A DNA stretch of 64,000 bases from contig OX597831.1 in assembly GCA_951406725.2 (NCBI GenBank), forward strand, positions 7,874,001 to 7,938,000, written 5' to 3'. Both the position numbers and the translations under genes were made by a program. The stretch is from Octopus vulgaris (lineage: Eukaryota). Shown one piece after another: positions 11,779 through 24,795 of this stretch (position 1 is the first letter of the stretch; every line of letters begins with the position of its first letter). The notes below the pieces were generated by a model. It did no database searches and was not told the DNA's origin. It saw only the letters and a list, made by a program, of their open reading frames with translations.

Positions 11779-14700
11779 GAATTGTAGAGAGTGGTGTGCA
11801 TTGAGTCAGTGATGGATTTTGTGAAGAGAAATGGGATGAAATTGTTGAGCTGTGCCCTAAGGAAGGATGAAGGTGAGTGGTTGAGGGGAAAGGAATGGGG
11901 AAGACTAAGAAGGATAACAGAAGAGGAAAGAAGGGTCAGGTGCTTGATGAAGGGATATAGGGAGGATGGGGGGAAATAGAGGAGGCTGTCATAGCATGTG
12001 TAGGACAGGCTATCACAGTTAAAGTCATTACTTATTTGGAGTAATTACTTATTTGCTGTCCTTGATAAGTCAGAGAATCTCATGTCTGACCTGCACACTC
12101 CAGTGTTTGACAGGGTTTCTTCAACTGGGCATATTTTAGGGAATAAATTATTGAGAGATGTTACCAGCACGAAAAGCAGTAGTTAACTCAGTGTTAGCAT
12201 AATTAATGCAACAAGCAATGAAACAGCAACGAGAAATAAATTATTCTGTGAGGAGAAGTCAATCTTAGTCAAGGACTAATGTTAATTTAATCCTTTTGGC
12301 AAACATGGGAGACAACTGTAGACCTGTTTCAGTCTTTTTAAATACAACCAGTGATCACTCACAAGCAGGGACCATGTTCCATGCTTTTGCTAAGTGCTTT
12401 AGGTGCCTGTGTAATCTCGAGAGGTTATAGGGCACTCTCTCAGTACCCCTCTGCATCCTTGAGGCGGGGTAGGGTGCCAAGGATGAGACGAGTTGAGGAG
12501 GAGAAAGAGCTGCACCAACATCATCCAGATGGTAGCCATTTATTACTGAGTCATGTGAAATGAAGTGTCTTGCTCAAGGACCAGTCCAGGAATTGAGCAT
12601 ACAACTTCATTCTCATGAGCCAGACACCTGAAGCAATCAGCTACATGATGACTTCTTATTAGACTCCGTTAAGAAAGCATAAGCTTCACTGTCTTTGCTG
12701 AAATAATCACTCAGGAAATTTAAAATATTTCATACTGATGGCTTTGTTGAATAATTATTTTGAGTAATTTATTCTCTAGATGCTACCAATATATCAAGTA
12801 TATGAGTCCATGCTGACTCTTATACAATATTGTACATTTACTTAACAATTTTCACATCATTACTCTGGTGAAATCTGTTTCACTGAAAAGACCTAATAAG
12901 ACTGAAACACAACTAGAATTGTCTACCTTACTTGGAATTATTAAAATAATATTAATCATTGACTAATATTATCGTTTTCTCATTCAGTAATTATTTCTGA
13001 ATCATCTTTTAATGTTCGTTATCATTGAATTAATTTATTTGTTTTTTATGGAGAAAGCTTCTCAGAATAATTTCTCCTTTAAAGCATGAATCTTTTTTTC
13101 CATAACCATACATCTCTAACACCAACCAGTTCTCATATTTCCCATCAAAAATCATTATCAGCTGGGAAAAAAATTCTTTCTTTTTTATTAGCATCTCTTT
13201 CATCTTCAACAAAGCACCATTTCCTTCTCCACTGAGTCAGCACCTAATACCATTTCTGACCCCCTCCTGCTCTTTGACCTTACTTCTTTACCAAACCCCA
13301 GATCACTGCCATTCAAACTCCACCTCTTAATCTCTTCAGTTGTCAAGTTCATTACAATATTCATTCTGATAAATTCAAAAACCCAGATGGCACTGCAGTT
13401 AATTGCTCTAAACAATATTTTCCAAAAATATCTTTTTATCTTAACCCTCACTTCACTGATTAAATTTTTACTGATGATCTAATATGCAAATCAGTTCTTG
13501 TGACTTCTTTCTATTGGCCAGTAAAGATAAAATATGCGTACTGCATCATAGGAAATGTGGAAAATTCTAGAAGGTATCTTGTTACCAAAAATGAGTTAAC
13601 TTGGTCCCTGCATCTCAAATGCACAGATCCAAGTGCCTTGGTTGTTGTGCAGTAAGGGTTAGGTATGAAAGTATGCATAAACATTCACCTGGGTCTCATT
13701 AACAGGTGGTCTTCAAACAGATCCTTTTAATTAGTGTTCTGTCATCCTTAATGTTAGTTTTTCCAAAGTGATTAGAAACAGTCGTTAAAAATCCTGTGTA
13801 ATTAGTGATCAAAAGAAGTCCTTTGTTACTGATGAGTAATGGCCTTCCTCTTCATCTATAAAAACAGAAGAAAAAGAAGTTTTAAAATGAACATTGATAT
13901 ATTCATGGAGTGTAAAAGATTATTTGTTTGGTGCAGGTGTTGCTGTGTAGGGACTGCAGCTTCTGCAGTAGAGCTTGCCTTTATTGCAGGAGGTGCATGG
14001 TGCAGTGGGTTCGGATATTTGGCTTACAATTGCAAGGTCATGAGTTCAATTCCTGGCAATGCTTTGTGGCCTTGGTTTCATGTTGTTCCAGTCCACTCAG
14101 CTGACAGAAATGAGTTGTACCAGTAATTCAAAGTGGCCAGCCTTGTCACATTCTGTGTCACACTAAAGAACCACATTGAGGATACATGTGACTGTGGAGC
14201 ACTCAGCCACTTGCAGATTAATTTTTTGACTAGGCTGTTCTGTTGATTGGCACAAAACTGGAATACTTGTCATCCAAAAGAGTGCCAAAAACTTTGTCTG
14301 TGGAAGCTTGAGATATTTTAGTCTTTAAAAGCCAAACGACTTTCTTACTTTTTCTCATGTCTTTGGCTTTGAGACATGGCTCAGTGTAGAAACTCTTTTT
14401 CCCATTCTGTGTGGTGTCATTTAACTATTGTTGAAGTTGAATAACTTGTTTTGCTTCCAGTTCCAGCTTGTGGCTCCGTTGGGTTTCATAAGCACGAAAT
14501 CCTTCCAAGAAACGTTAGAAGACTTGGTGTCAACTTCTCATGGTATCTCAGCCTTACCTGAACTTTGGATGCAGCCAAACTTTGCTCGAGTAAGATGTCT
14601 TAAAACTTTTACGCTTTTGATCTTTATCTTCTTTTCCTTGTTTCAGTCATTGAAATGTGGTCATGCTGGGGCACCACCTTGAAGAAGTTTTAGTCAAAGA

Positions 14701-17700
14701 AAGCAATTCCACTATGTTTTTTTTAAAGTCTGATACCTTTTGCCAAACTGCTGAGTCACTGGTACTTAAAAAAGCCAGCATCAATTGTCAAGTGAGGGCA
14801 AACACATACACGCACACACACATACACGCACACACACATACACGCACACACACACATATACAAGCACGTGCGCACACACACACGCATACACAGTCTATGG
14901 TTATAGCAGAAGATATTTGGCCAAGGTGCCTTCCAGTAAGACTGAACCGGAAACTCTGTGGTTTATAGTTTCTCGTGAGTTAACCAATTCTGGCAAAGAG
15001 ACAAAAGAATAGCTTTCTTTTTAATTTCTTTCCATTAATTTTCCCATCGTTGCCAGAACGGGTCAGCATTGAATTTCGTGAATCACAAACATATCTGTAT
15101 TGGTGTTTGCTGTGGTGTTTTGGAATTTCCAGTCTAAGACGAGTTTCTGAAGAGATGCAATATACTCATCCACTGGCTCCCAACTCAATCATTCACGAGT
15201 GATCAGCTGGGGGAGGCCACGCTACAATTACATTAGTAAACTGAATGAAAGGAGTCTTTTTAAACGTTAAAAAAAAACCCCATTAAATTGCCATTGTAAT
15301 TTGTTCAGAAATAATTTCAAAATTTTGAAGAAAGACTGAGTTTTCTTGGAGCCTGAGAATAAAATCATTAGTTCTGTTGAATGTATCTTTAGGTTCTATT
15401 TTTGAATCTGATGAATCTGTTGACTCGGTTAGCAAACCAATAATTTTGGAGTGACTTTCTATTACAAAAGCAATGGCACTGAAAGGACCCGACCACCTAT
15501 GCTCCAAAAGACATGGCAATTTCAATCCTTTGCAGAAATTTGTTATCCTTGGCCGTTTAATAAAATTATGGGCTATCTGGCCTCCGTTGCCAGTGGCACG
15601 TAAAAGACACCATTCGAGCATGATCGTTACCAGCATCGCCTTACTGGCCCCTGTGCCGGTGACATGTGTAACAGATTCGAGCGAGGTCGTTACCAGTACC
15701 GCCTGACTGGCCCCGTGCCAGTGGCATGTAAAAGCACCCACTACACTCTCGGAGTGGTTGGCTTTGGGAAGGGCATCAAGCTGTAGAAATTCTGCCAGAT
15801 CAAGATTGGAGCCTGGTGCAGCCATCAGGTTCACCAGCCTTCAGTCATTCGTCCAACCCATGCTAGCATGGAAAGCGGACGTTAAACGATGACGATGATG
15901 ATAAAGGAAGAATTTTGAAAAGTACATAAAGTGTCTGTAGCTGCCAGGATCACATCAACCGTTTTCCATATCACTGATTACAATTTTAGTGAATGAAATG
16001 GAATCCTCCAAGATAGAAGTTCATTTACATCAAACTTTAATCTAAAGTTGAAATCAGACTTCAATTTACTAAAAGTTCACTGACCTCTATCAACAGATTG
16101 AAAAGATGTTAGCTTATAAGAGTCGCCATAACAGTTGCAGTCGTAGGCTGTAATTGTTGCAGCTTTTAAAGATTCAACCATTTCTATTGTTGCAATATCA
16201 ATAACATTTACATCAATTATCATAATGTTAAGGGAGATGAATACTAGCCACCAGTTCAGGTGACTAACTTATCTTTATATATAAAAGAGAGGTTGTGTGT
16301 CTGTCTCCTACGATTTAGATTCCTAACTACTCCCACATTTTGCAGTGCAGTTTAACCAAAACTGGGTATCTTATAGTCGTGATTCATATCGAGCCCTTCT
16401 GGGTATTAGCGCGCGTCTACAATGAGTCAACGATTTAAAAAAAAATTTACCATAATTTTTTCCCATTTTTTAATGCATTTTTTTGCTATTATATAAGGGA
16501 AGTAACTCTCTAAAAATGTATTATTAAATCTCAGAACGTAAAAAGCTACAGTAACACCCGCCTTTGTGGTTAGCCATATTGAGATGGCTATTATACTTTA
16601 CATTTCTAAAAATGCTTATATAGTTATTTCCCTTACAAACCCAAGCAACGCTGGGCGATACTGCTAGTTCTTAATATTTTAGGTTTTGTACCCATATTAA
16701 ACTTACAAATATGAGGGGAGTCCTTGATTCCTTGCCACCATTTTGGCTTTTGTCAGGAATCCTTGACCCTAAATATTTTATTCTTTACTTGGTTTATGAG
16801 TTATAAATTGTGATTGAAATAAATGAATTGAAACTGAATTTAATAAGCGGATTCCAGGAGGGAGTACAGCACAACAAGGTATGTACATTGGTGTTAACTG
16901 AATAAATATTTCTCGTTAACTCATTGAGTTAATGACACTCATTTATTCATTAGCCATTACCAATATCTGTTGCGAAATTATTGCTAAACACTAATGTTAT
17001 AATAATATTAATAATAATAGTAATAGTAATAGTAATAGTAATAGTAATAATAATAATAATAACAACAGTAATAATGATGGTGATAATACTTTGAAATGAT
17101 TAATGTGTTAATTTCTATTGATTAATGTTTCATTTCAGGTTCAACAGAATATTCAGATTTTGGCAAAAAAGATTTCTTCAAACACAGATTTTATTGATTG
17201 GCGCCGTTTTATATTGTGGGCTTCGTATCCATTCCCGTTGCTTTCCATTAAAAATTTAGTGGATCTTTATGTTTCATATTACCAACTAGACGTAAACAAA
17301 ACTGGTTTCATTGACTATGAAATGTTCAACTCTGTAAGTAATATGTTCCAAATTATATTTATACCAATTAAAGGAACACTAATTAGCAATGATTAAAATG
17401 TAGCCATGTACATTTATATTTAATATGTTCCTGTACACTAAAACGCTGAACGACCTTCAGCTGCAGTGAACCATTTTGGAAGAGAAATTCTCTTTATCAA
17501 CAATGAAATGTTCTGTGTGTCTTCACACACATTTTCTATAAAGAGAAATTCTCTTTCAAGACATTTTCCCCTTTTAAGATCTTTCCCTATTTAAGGGTAT
17601 TAAATGAATGTATTAAATATAAATGCACACACCATTATTCTTTTAACCCTTTATTCCTTTAACCCTTTAGCATTCACATTGTTCTATCCAATGTGATGCT

Positions 17701-19943
17701 TTTCTATTCACACTATTTGGAATTAATCCTGCATTAACTCTCGTAGCTTTGAGATTTCAATGATGTTATTGTTTATTTCTAAAATGACATTGTCAGGTAG
17801 GTGTGAGTGACCTGATCTGGCCAGTTTGTACATAAAACAGCTAAAATATTTCACTGGTTTAAATGCTAAAGAGTTAAGCTCTTTATTTTTCACACTCAGT
17901 AGGTCCTTCTTAAAAATTTCTGCTTCGACAAACAAGACCGTCCCTCAAATAGAAAATCCTTCACTCTTCAGCTCAGGCATGTCTGTCTTACTAAAAAGTT
18001 TGCTTTGAAACCATAGGGTCTTAAGTTCAATCTCTGTGTGAAGTACTTTTGGAAAAGGGCCTCCTGCCATAGTATTATATTGAACAATACTTTGTGAATG
18101 GAATTGGTTAATGGAAACTGTGCAGAAGCACCGAGCTGGTAGAATCGTTGGCATGCTAGGCGAAATGCTTAGCGGTATTTTGTCTGCCGCTACGTTCTGA
18201 GTTCAAATTCCGCTGAGGTCGACTTTGCCTTTCATCCTTTCGGGCTCGATTAAATTAAGTACCAGTTATGTGCTGGGGTCGATATAATCGACTTAATCCG
18301 TTTGTCCTCTCTGTGTTTAGCCCCTTGCGGGTAGTAAAGAAATAAATAGGAAACTGTGCAGAAGCCTTATGTATATCATTATCATTATCATTTTAATATC
18401 CAGTTTTCCATGTTTGCATGGCATTGATGTAGTTCACTGAGGCAGAATTTTCTCAGTTGGATGCTCTTCGTGCCAATAACCTCACCTGTTTTCAAAGAAG
18501 GTAGAATTTCCCCCTTGGCCATAAAAGATTGGAAATGAACTACACTGCTAGTATGGCAGTGAAAGTCGTTTACAACTAGCATGCAATGTCAAGACAAGGA
18601 CACACACGTGCGGTTCTGAAGCAAACTTCTCATGTTCCCAATTATGTCTGCCCCTTTTGTATTTCTAAAACCTAAATTTTTTTTTTTCTTCTCTATGATG
18701 AAAACCAAGTTTTCTGCTTGGGAATTCCTTCCTTCAGAAGTTTAAACCCAATTTCTTGTCTCTTTCAACAGGTTCCTCTCTGGCCTGAGGAAGATATCAA
18801 AAAGCATAATGAAAGCTACAATTTTGACAGATCCTCGAAACTGAAAGAAATTTTCTTTGACCTTTTCACAGAATTTAATACACAACCTCCCTCACTGAAT
18901 TATGAGAAAATGGTGCGAAAAACTGTCTTTTCAATTTTTGTTACATTTTTGTTTTCCTTTGAATACATTTCTGTCAGGTGATGACAGAGAATCGTCATTG
19001 GCATTGCTTTCATCATTGTCGTCGTCGTCATTGTCATCATTATTATCATCACCACCAGTGCCATCACCATCATTTCTGTGTCCTCCTTTCGTGCTGCATG
19101 TGATGGGTCAGTCAGTTTGTTATGGACTGAGCCAGCTCTTACTCAATGTTTCTGACCATCCAAAGAGGTCAAGGTTGAAGACCACATCTCTCACTCATGG
19201 AATCTATTTTTGGCATGTTTCCTGCAACAGGATACTCATTCTAATGCCAACAACTTTACAAATTGTTCTAGGCATGTTTCATTGTGGCACCCATACCAGA
19301 GAGGTTACCTTGTTCCCAGCAAGTCTATATAAAGGAGCTCTAGGCCTTAAGATATAAAGTCTGTATCTGTTCACCAATTGTTTGACAGAGTATAGAATTG
19401 AAACATGCCTCAGTTAATTCCATTTCCATGTCTTTTTAAGTCAACTGTGTGGGGTCCGGCATTTCAACGAATAGACCCAGCAGTTCCTTTGCATGCTGTA
19501 AAAGGTGACTAAAAGAGGTTGAGGTAGGATTTGCACTTGTAAAACCTTGTAAAACCCTCAATAGCAATGACTACACAGACATAGCCATGGGTTAGAGGGT
19601 TGTCGTCAAAGTGGTGCAAAGGCATCATCCACCAGGTGTAACAGGTAATCGCCAATACATGTTGGATGCAGCAACACACTGTTATAGCACATGCTTTCAC
19701 ACTGCTACTACTACCACTACCACCACTACTACTACTACTACAACTACTACCACCACTGCCACTACTACTACCACCACTACTACTACTACTACTACCACCA
19801 CTGCCACTACTACTACCACCACTACTACTACTACCACAACTACTGCCACTACTACCACTACTACTACCACTACTGCCACTCCCACCACTGCCACTACTAC
19901 TACTACCACTACTACCACCACCACTACTACTACTACCACTACT

Positions 19944-19975
<32 letters not shown>

Positions 19976-19977
19976 CA

Positions 19978-20017
<40 letters not shown>

Positions 20018-21842
20018 TACCACTACTACTACTACTTCAAACTTAAGTTCACAACCAAAAAAGCAGGTCGACTTCAACACGAGGGTGACTTTGGAGAACC
20101 AAAAATTCCAAGTGAAACGCAGCAGGATTTGGAAAGATAGTGACCATGTTTGAATGTTTTCCACTGTGCTGGCTTGTTTACTGGAAACCACGGTAACTGT
20201 ATTGATCCGATATCACCAACAACATTGGTTCTGATATCATTGATCTCATTGATTTTCTGTCATTGATCTTTTTGCTCTGATTGACCACGTTAGTCAATCA
20301 CTGACCACATTGGTCTGATATCATTGATCATGTGGATTTGATGTCATTAACCCTAACCCATAAATTTAATCCATTTAATACTTCTAGAAAAGTCTTCAAT
20401 TACAAACACCAGAGCCAATATCCCTGACAAAATTTTATTGTCTTTTAATCTTTTGATTCCTTGTCCTATAAGAATGGTAATATTTGTCTGTATTCAACAC
20501 CATTACTTAACTTTGGCAGGATTTGATCTCTTAATCTAAATGCTGTTATCAAAGTGAAATTCGATGACGGGCACGAACACCATACGAGCGTGATTGTTGA
20601 CAGAGTGGCTAACTGGCTTCTGTGCTGGTGGCATGTAAGAGGCACCATTGTGCGTGATCGTTACCACCATCGTCTTACTGGTACCTATGCCATTGGCATG
20701 TGTAAAAAATAAAAATTCAAGCGAGGTCATTGCCAGTACCGCCTGACTGGCCCCCCCCCCATGCCGGTGGCACGTAAAAGCACCCACTACACTCTTGGAG
20801 TGGTTGGTGTTAGGAAGGGCATCCAGCTGTAGAAACTCTGCCAGATCAAGATTGGAGCCTGGTGCAGCCATCTGGTTCACCAGCCCACAGTCACACATCC
20901 AACCTATGCTAGCATGGAAAGCAGACGTTAAACGATGATGATGATGATGATGATGAGTACCATTATAAGGTCTCTCTTTTATACTCCGCCTGTTCAATCA
21001 ATCCACTGCCTCCATTTGAACAGTTTTATTGATCTGAATGATTCTTTGTTGGATGGCTTTTCTAACGATCCATTCCTCCTGCAATGAAAACCATTTGTAA
21101 AGGTATCTTTTACTTGTTTCAGTCCATGGTTTGAGGCCATGCTGGGGCACCACCTTGAAGGGTTTAGTCAGACAAACCAACCCCAGCACGTATTTCCTTT
21201 TTTTCAGTTTGCTACTAATTCTATTGGTCACTTGCTGAACCACTTGTCAAATGTCGATGGGGGTACAAACACAAACACATATATACACATCATCATCATC
21301 ATCAAATGATGATGATGCGTATGTATTTGTGCCTTTGTGTTTTGTATATATATTCTTTTATTCTTTTATTTGCTTCAGTTATTTGACTGTGGCCATGCTG
21401 GAGCACTGCCTTTACTTGAACAAATCGACCCCAGGACTTATTCTTTGTAAGCCTAGTATTTATTTTATTGGTCTCTTTTGCCGAGCTGCTGTGTTACGGG
21501 GATGTAAACACACCAACATCGGTTGTCAAGTAATGGTGGGCAGGACAGACACAGACACACAAATACATACATATACATATATATATAATTTAAACATTAC
21601 TTTATATAATTAGGGTTCATCAAAAAAATTGCTTTACCACACACCGAACTTTTAGAAATAGCAGCCAAAGAATTTAGCTATTTCCTCTACTATAAGAAGA
21701 GTATATATATATATATATATATATATGACAGGCTTCTTTCAGTTTCCATCGGGTCGACCAAATCCACTTACAAGGCTTTGGTCTACCCATGGCTACAGTA
21801 GAAAACACTTGCCCAAGGTGCCATGCAAATATGTATATTATA

Positions 21843-21887
<45 letters not shown>

Positions 21888-22407
21888 CAATTAGGGTAGT
21901 AATAATTAGTTACAAGGTGCCCAATTTAGATAAGACAAAATATTAATCAGATGAATATGGTACTTAACACAAAAGTTAAATCGAGATACCAGAAATTTGT
22001 ATGGTATTATCCATATAAATCAAATGGAGTGATTATAATCAAAAGACGCAAAACTTACACGGCAATAGGGCATGCCGGGAAAATTTATATTCTTAATATG
22101 CGAATATGAGTCTCACATCGCTGCAGACCTCGATTCAATTGTTTCCATGCTACTTCATTTTATTAAACACACTCTCGATAAGTTCATCTCCCTTTGTGTT
22201 CCCAACTAAATTGAAATTGTATATATATATATTTATATATATAAGCAGCAAAATTTAGATTCAGAAATATGGTACTTAAGTCAAAGGCACCAGAATTTTG
22301 TACTATTATCTATAAATTAAATGGGGTGATTATAATCAAAATACAACAAGGATATCAAGGTATAGTACTTGTTTCATGCTACTTCAATTTATTAAACACT
22401 TGTTGCT

Positions 22408-22439
<32 letters not shown>

Positions 22440-23379
22440 CACACACACTCACACACACACACACGCACATATATGTATGTGTATATATATATGACGTGCT
22501 TCCACACAGTTTCTGTCTACCAGATTCCCTTAGAAGATGCTGGCCAGCCTGGGGCTATGGTAGTGGACACTTGCCCATGGTGTTGCCCAATGGAACTGAA
22601 CCTGAACACACTTTCTTACCAAGGGAACTCCTTCCCCACACAGTTGTGCTTTCTCCCCCTCCCCCCTCACCATCCTAATCACTTGAAATAGAATACAAAT
22701 CAATACATCTCAATTCATATCGATTTCATTGAAAGTAATCTTTAATGTTTTACTGTTTCTCTGTTGAAGCTGCTCTATTTCTGCTCCAAGCCGTCCATGT
22801 TTGAGGGCTTCACTCGTGCACTCAGCCTCTCTTGTATTGCAAACTCAATCAGAGACAAAGGCCTCTCCGCCATCTCTGCTTCACAATTCCCAATTGAAGT
22901 GTAAGTACTTTTCTGTCTCACAACACTTTATTCACGTCTTCCATGCTTTCCATTTCTCTTTGTTTTGTTGCTGCATTTTTTTTTTTTGCTAATCTCGTCT
23001 TTTGTTTTTGAGTTTTTGTTTCTTGTCCTTTGTCTCTCATCTATTTGGGCCAACACATTTTATAATTATATTCATGGCTTTTTCTTCTCTCCCTCCTTCC
23101 TCCATCCTCTCTCTCTCTCTTTTTGTGTGTATATATATATATATATATAAGTAGTTGAATGAATTATCCTAGTATGGATAATTATCACTATGGACTCCGT
23201 GTGGGCAGTCATCTAAAAGTTTTTGTTCATCATGATGCTGACATAAGTTCCTTGTCTTTCCTGATGAGAAGGCGGCATAATGCACCCCTAATTCCTTCGA
23301 AATTAGGAATATGCAGTCTTCGAAACATATGTCAAGAATAAAGGAATTTTGTTAAATCGTCGTTCAACTCCATTCTTTC

Positions 23380-23442
<63 letters not shown>

Positions 23443-24755
23443 CCAGTGGTTAGGGCAGCGGACTTGCGGTCGGAGGATCGCGGTTTCGATTCCCAGACCG
23501 GGCGTTGTGTGTGTTTATTGAGCGAAAACACCTAAAAGCTCCACGAGGCTCCGGCAGGGGATGGTGGTGATCCCTGCTGTACTCTTTCACCACTCTAAAG
23601 GCGGTGCCCCAGCATGGCCGCAGTCAAATGACTGAAACAAGTACAAAAAAAAAAAAAAAATATATATTTCTTCTTTCTTATACAAGAAGTGACTTTGAAG
23701 TTTCAGCCAGTTAAACCTTCACCGGTCTGCCAATGATGGCTTAACTGGCTGAAAACTTCAAATTTATTACAACTGAACATATAAACAAACATTAACACAC
23801 ACACACAGAGGTAGATGGCCCTGCTAGATGTCCTTGCTCAATCCGTAGGAAAGTCATAGGACACAAGAGATGCAATGATATCAGAGGAAGGTTAACAGAG
23901 AAACAAGCTTTTGTGTGTCAAAGGTGCACAAGTACGATTAAAAGTGTACAGAAAATAGAATCCATTAAATGCCAGGGTTGGGGGGAACTAGAAGTAGTTC
24001 ATAGCTTCCGTCACCTAGGTGACCAAGTCAATAGCAGGGGGTGGATGCTCAGAGAGCGTAGCTGCTAGAATAAGAATAGGCTGGGCAAAGGTCAGAGAGT
24101 TCCTACCTCTGTAGGAGGTAACAAAAGGTTTCTCCCTCAGAGTGAAAGGCAGATTGTATGATGCCTGTGTGCGAACAGCCATGCTACATGGCAAGGAAAC
24201 ATGGGCTGTGACCGCTGAGGACATGCGCAGGCTTGAAAGAAATGAAGCCAACATGCTTCGTTGGATGTGCAATGTCAGTGGGCATGTGCGACAGAATGTT
24301 AGCATCTTGAGAGGAAAATTGGGCATAAGATGTGATGGGCAAAAGAGATGACTGTGCTGGTATGGTCATGTGATGCATATGGATGTGGACAGCTGTGTGA
24401 AGCAGTGCTGATCTCTACCAGTGGAAGGAAGCTGTGGAAGAGAGAGACCCAGGAAGACATGCGAAAAAGTGTTGAAGCATGCTCTTCAAACATTAGGCCT
24501 CGTGGAGGCAATGACTAATGACTGAGACCTTTGGCAATATACTGTGCTTGAGAAGACCCATCAGGCCAGTTGATATCATTGCTGTGGCCATTGTTGGCTT
24601 CTTGCACCCATGCCAGTGGCTCGTATAATGCACTTTTCGAACATTGGACCTCACACACGCAATGACAAATGACCAAGATCTTTGGAAATATGCTGTGCTT
24701 GAGAAGGAAGAGTCCATCAAGCCAAGTGAAACTGTAGTTGTGGCAGATACTGGTG

Positions 24756-24795
<40 letters not shown>

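Noticed and set aside
12881-12915. Hammerhead-like CTGAAAA-GACCT-aata-AGACT-GAAAC
   Set aside because: Core G8 is changed, helix II is mismatched and there is no NUH or helix I; too decayed to call
15700-15780. Twister ribozyme in family A modules (GC..GGT..AAGC-ACC..GAGTG)
   Set aside because: GAGTG pairs locally with CACTC (covarying in older copies), L4 is too long, and there is no UAA/P1/P2 junction
15283-15834. 183-aa minus-strand ORF
   Set aside because: The first half is antisense SINE family A and the remainder has no motif I recognise
19611-20191. Long poly-Thr, Val and Tyr/His ORFs resembling mucin
   Set aside because: Pure (ACT/ACC)n microsatellite in an intron, with no splice or homology support
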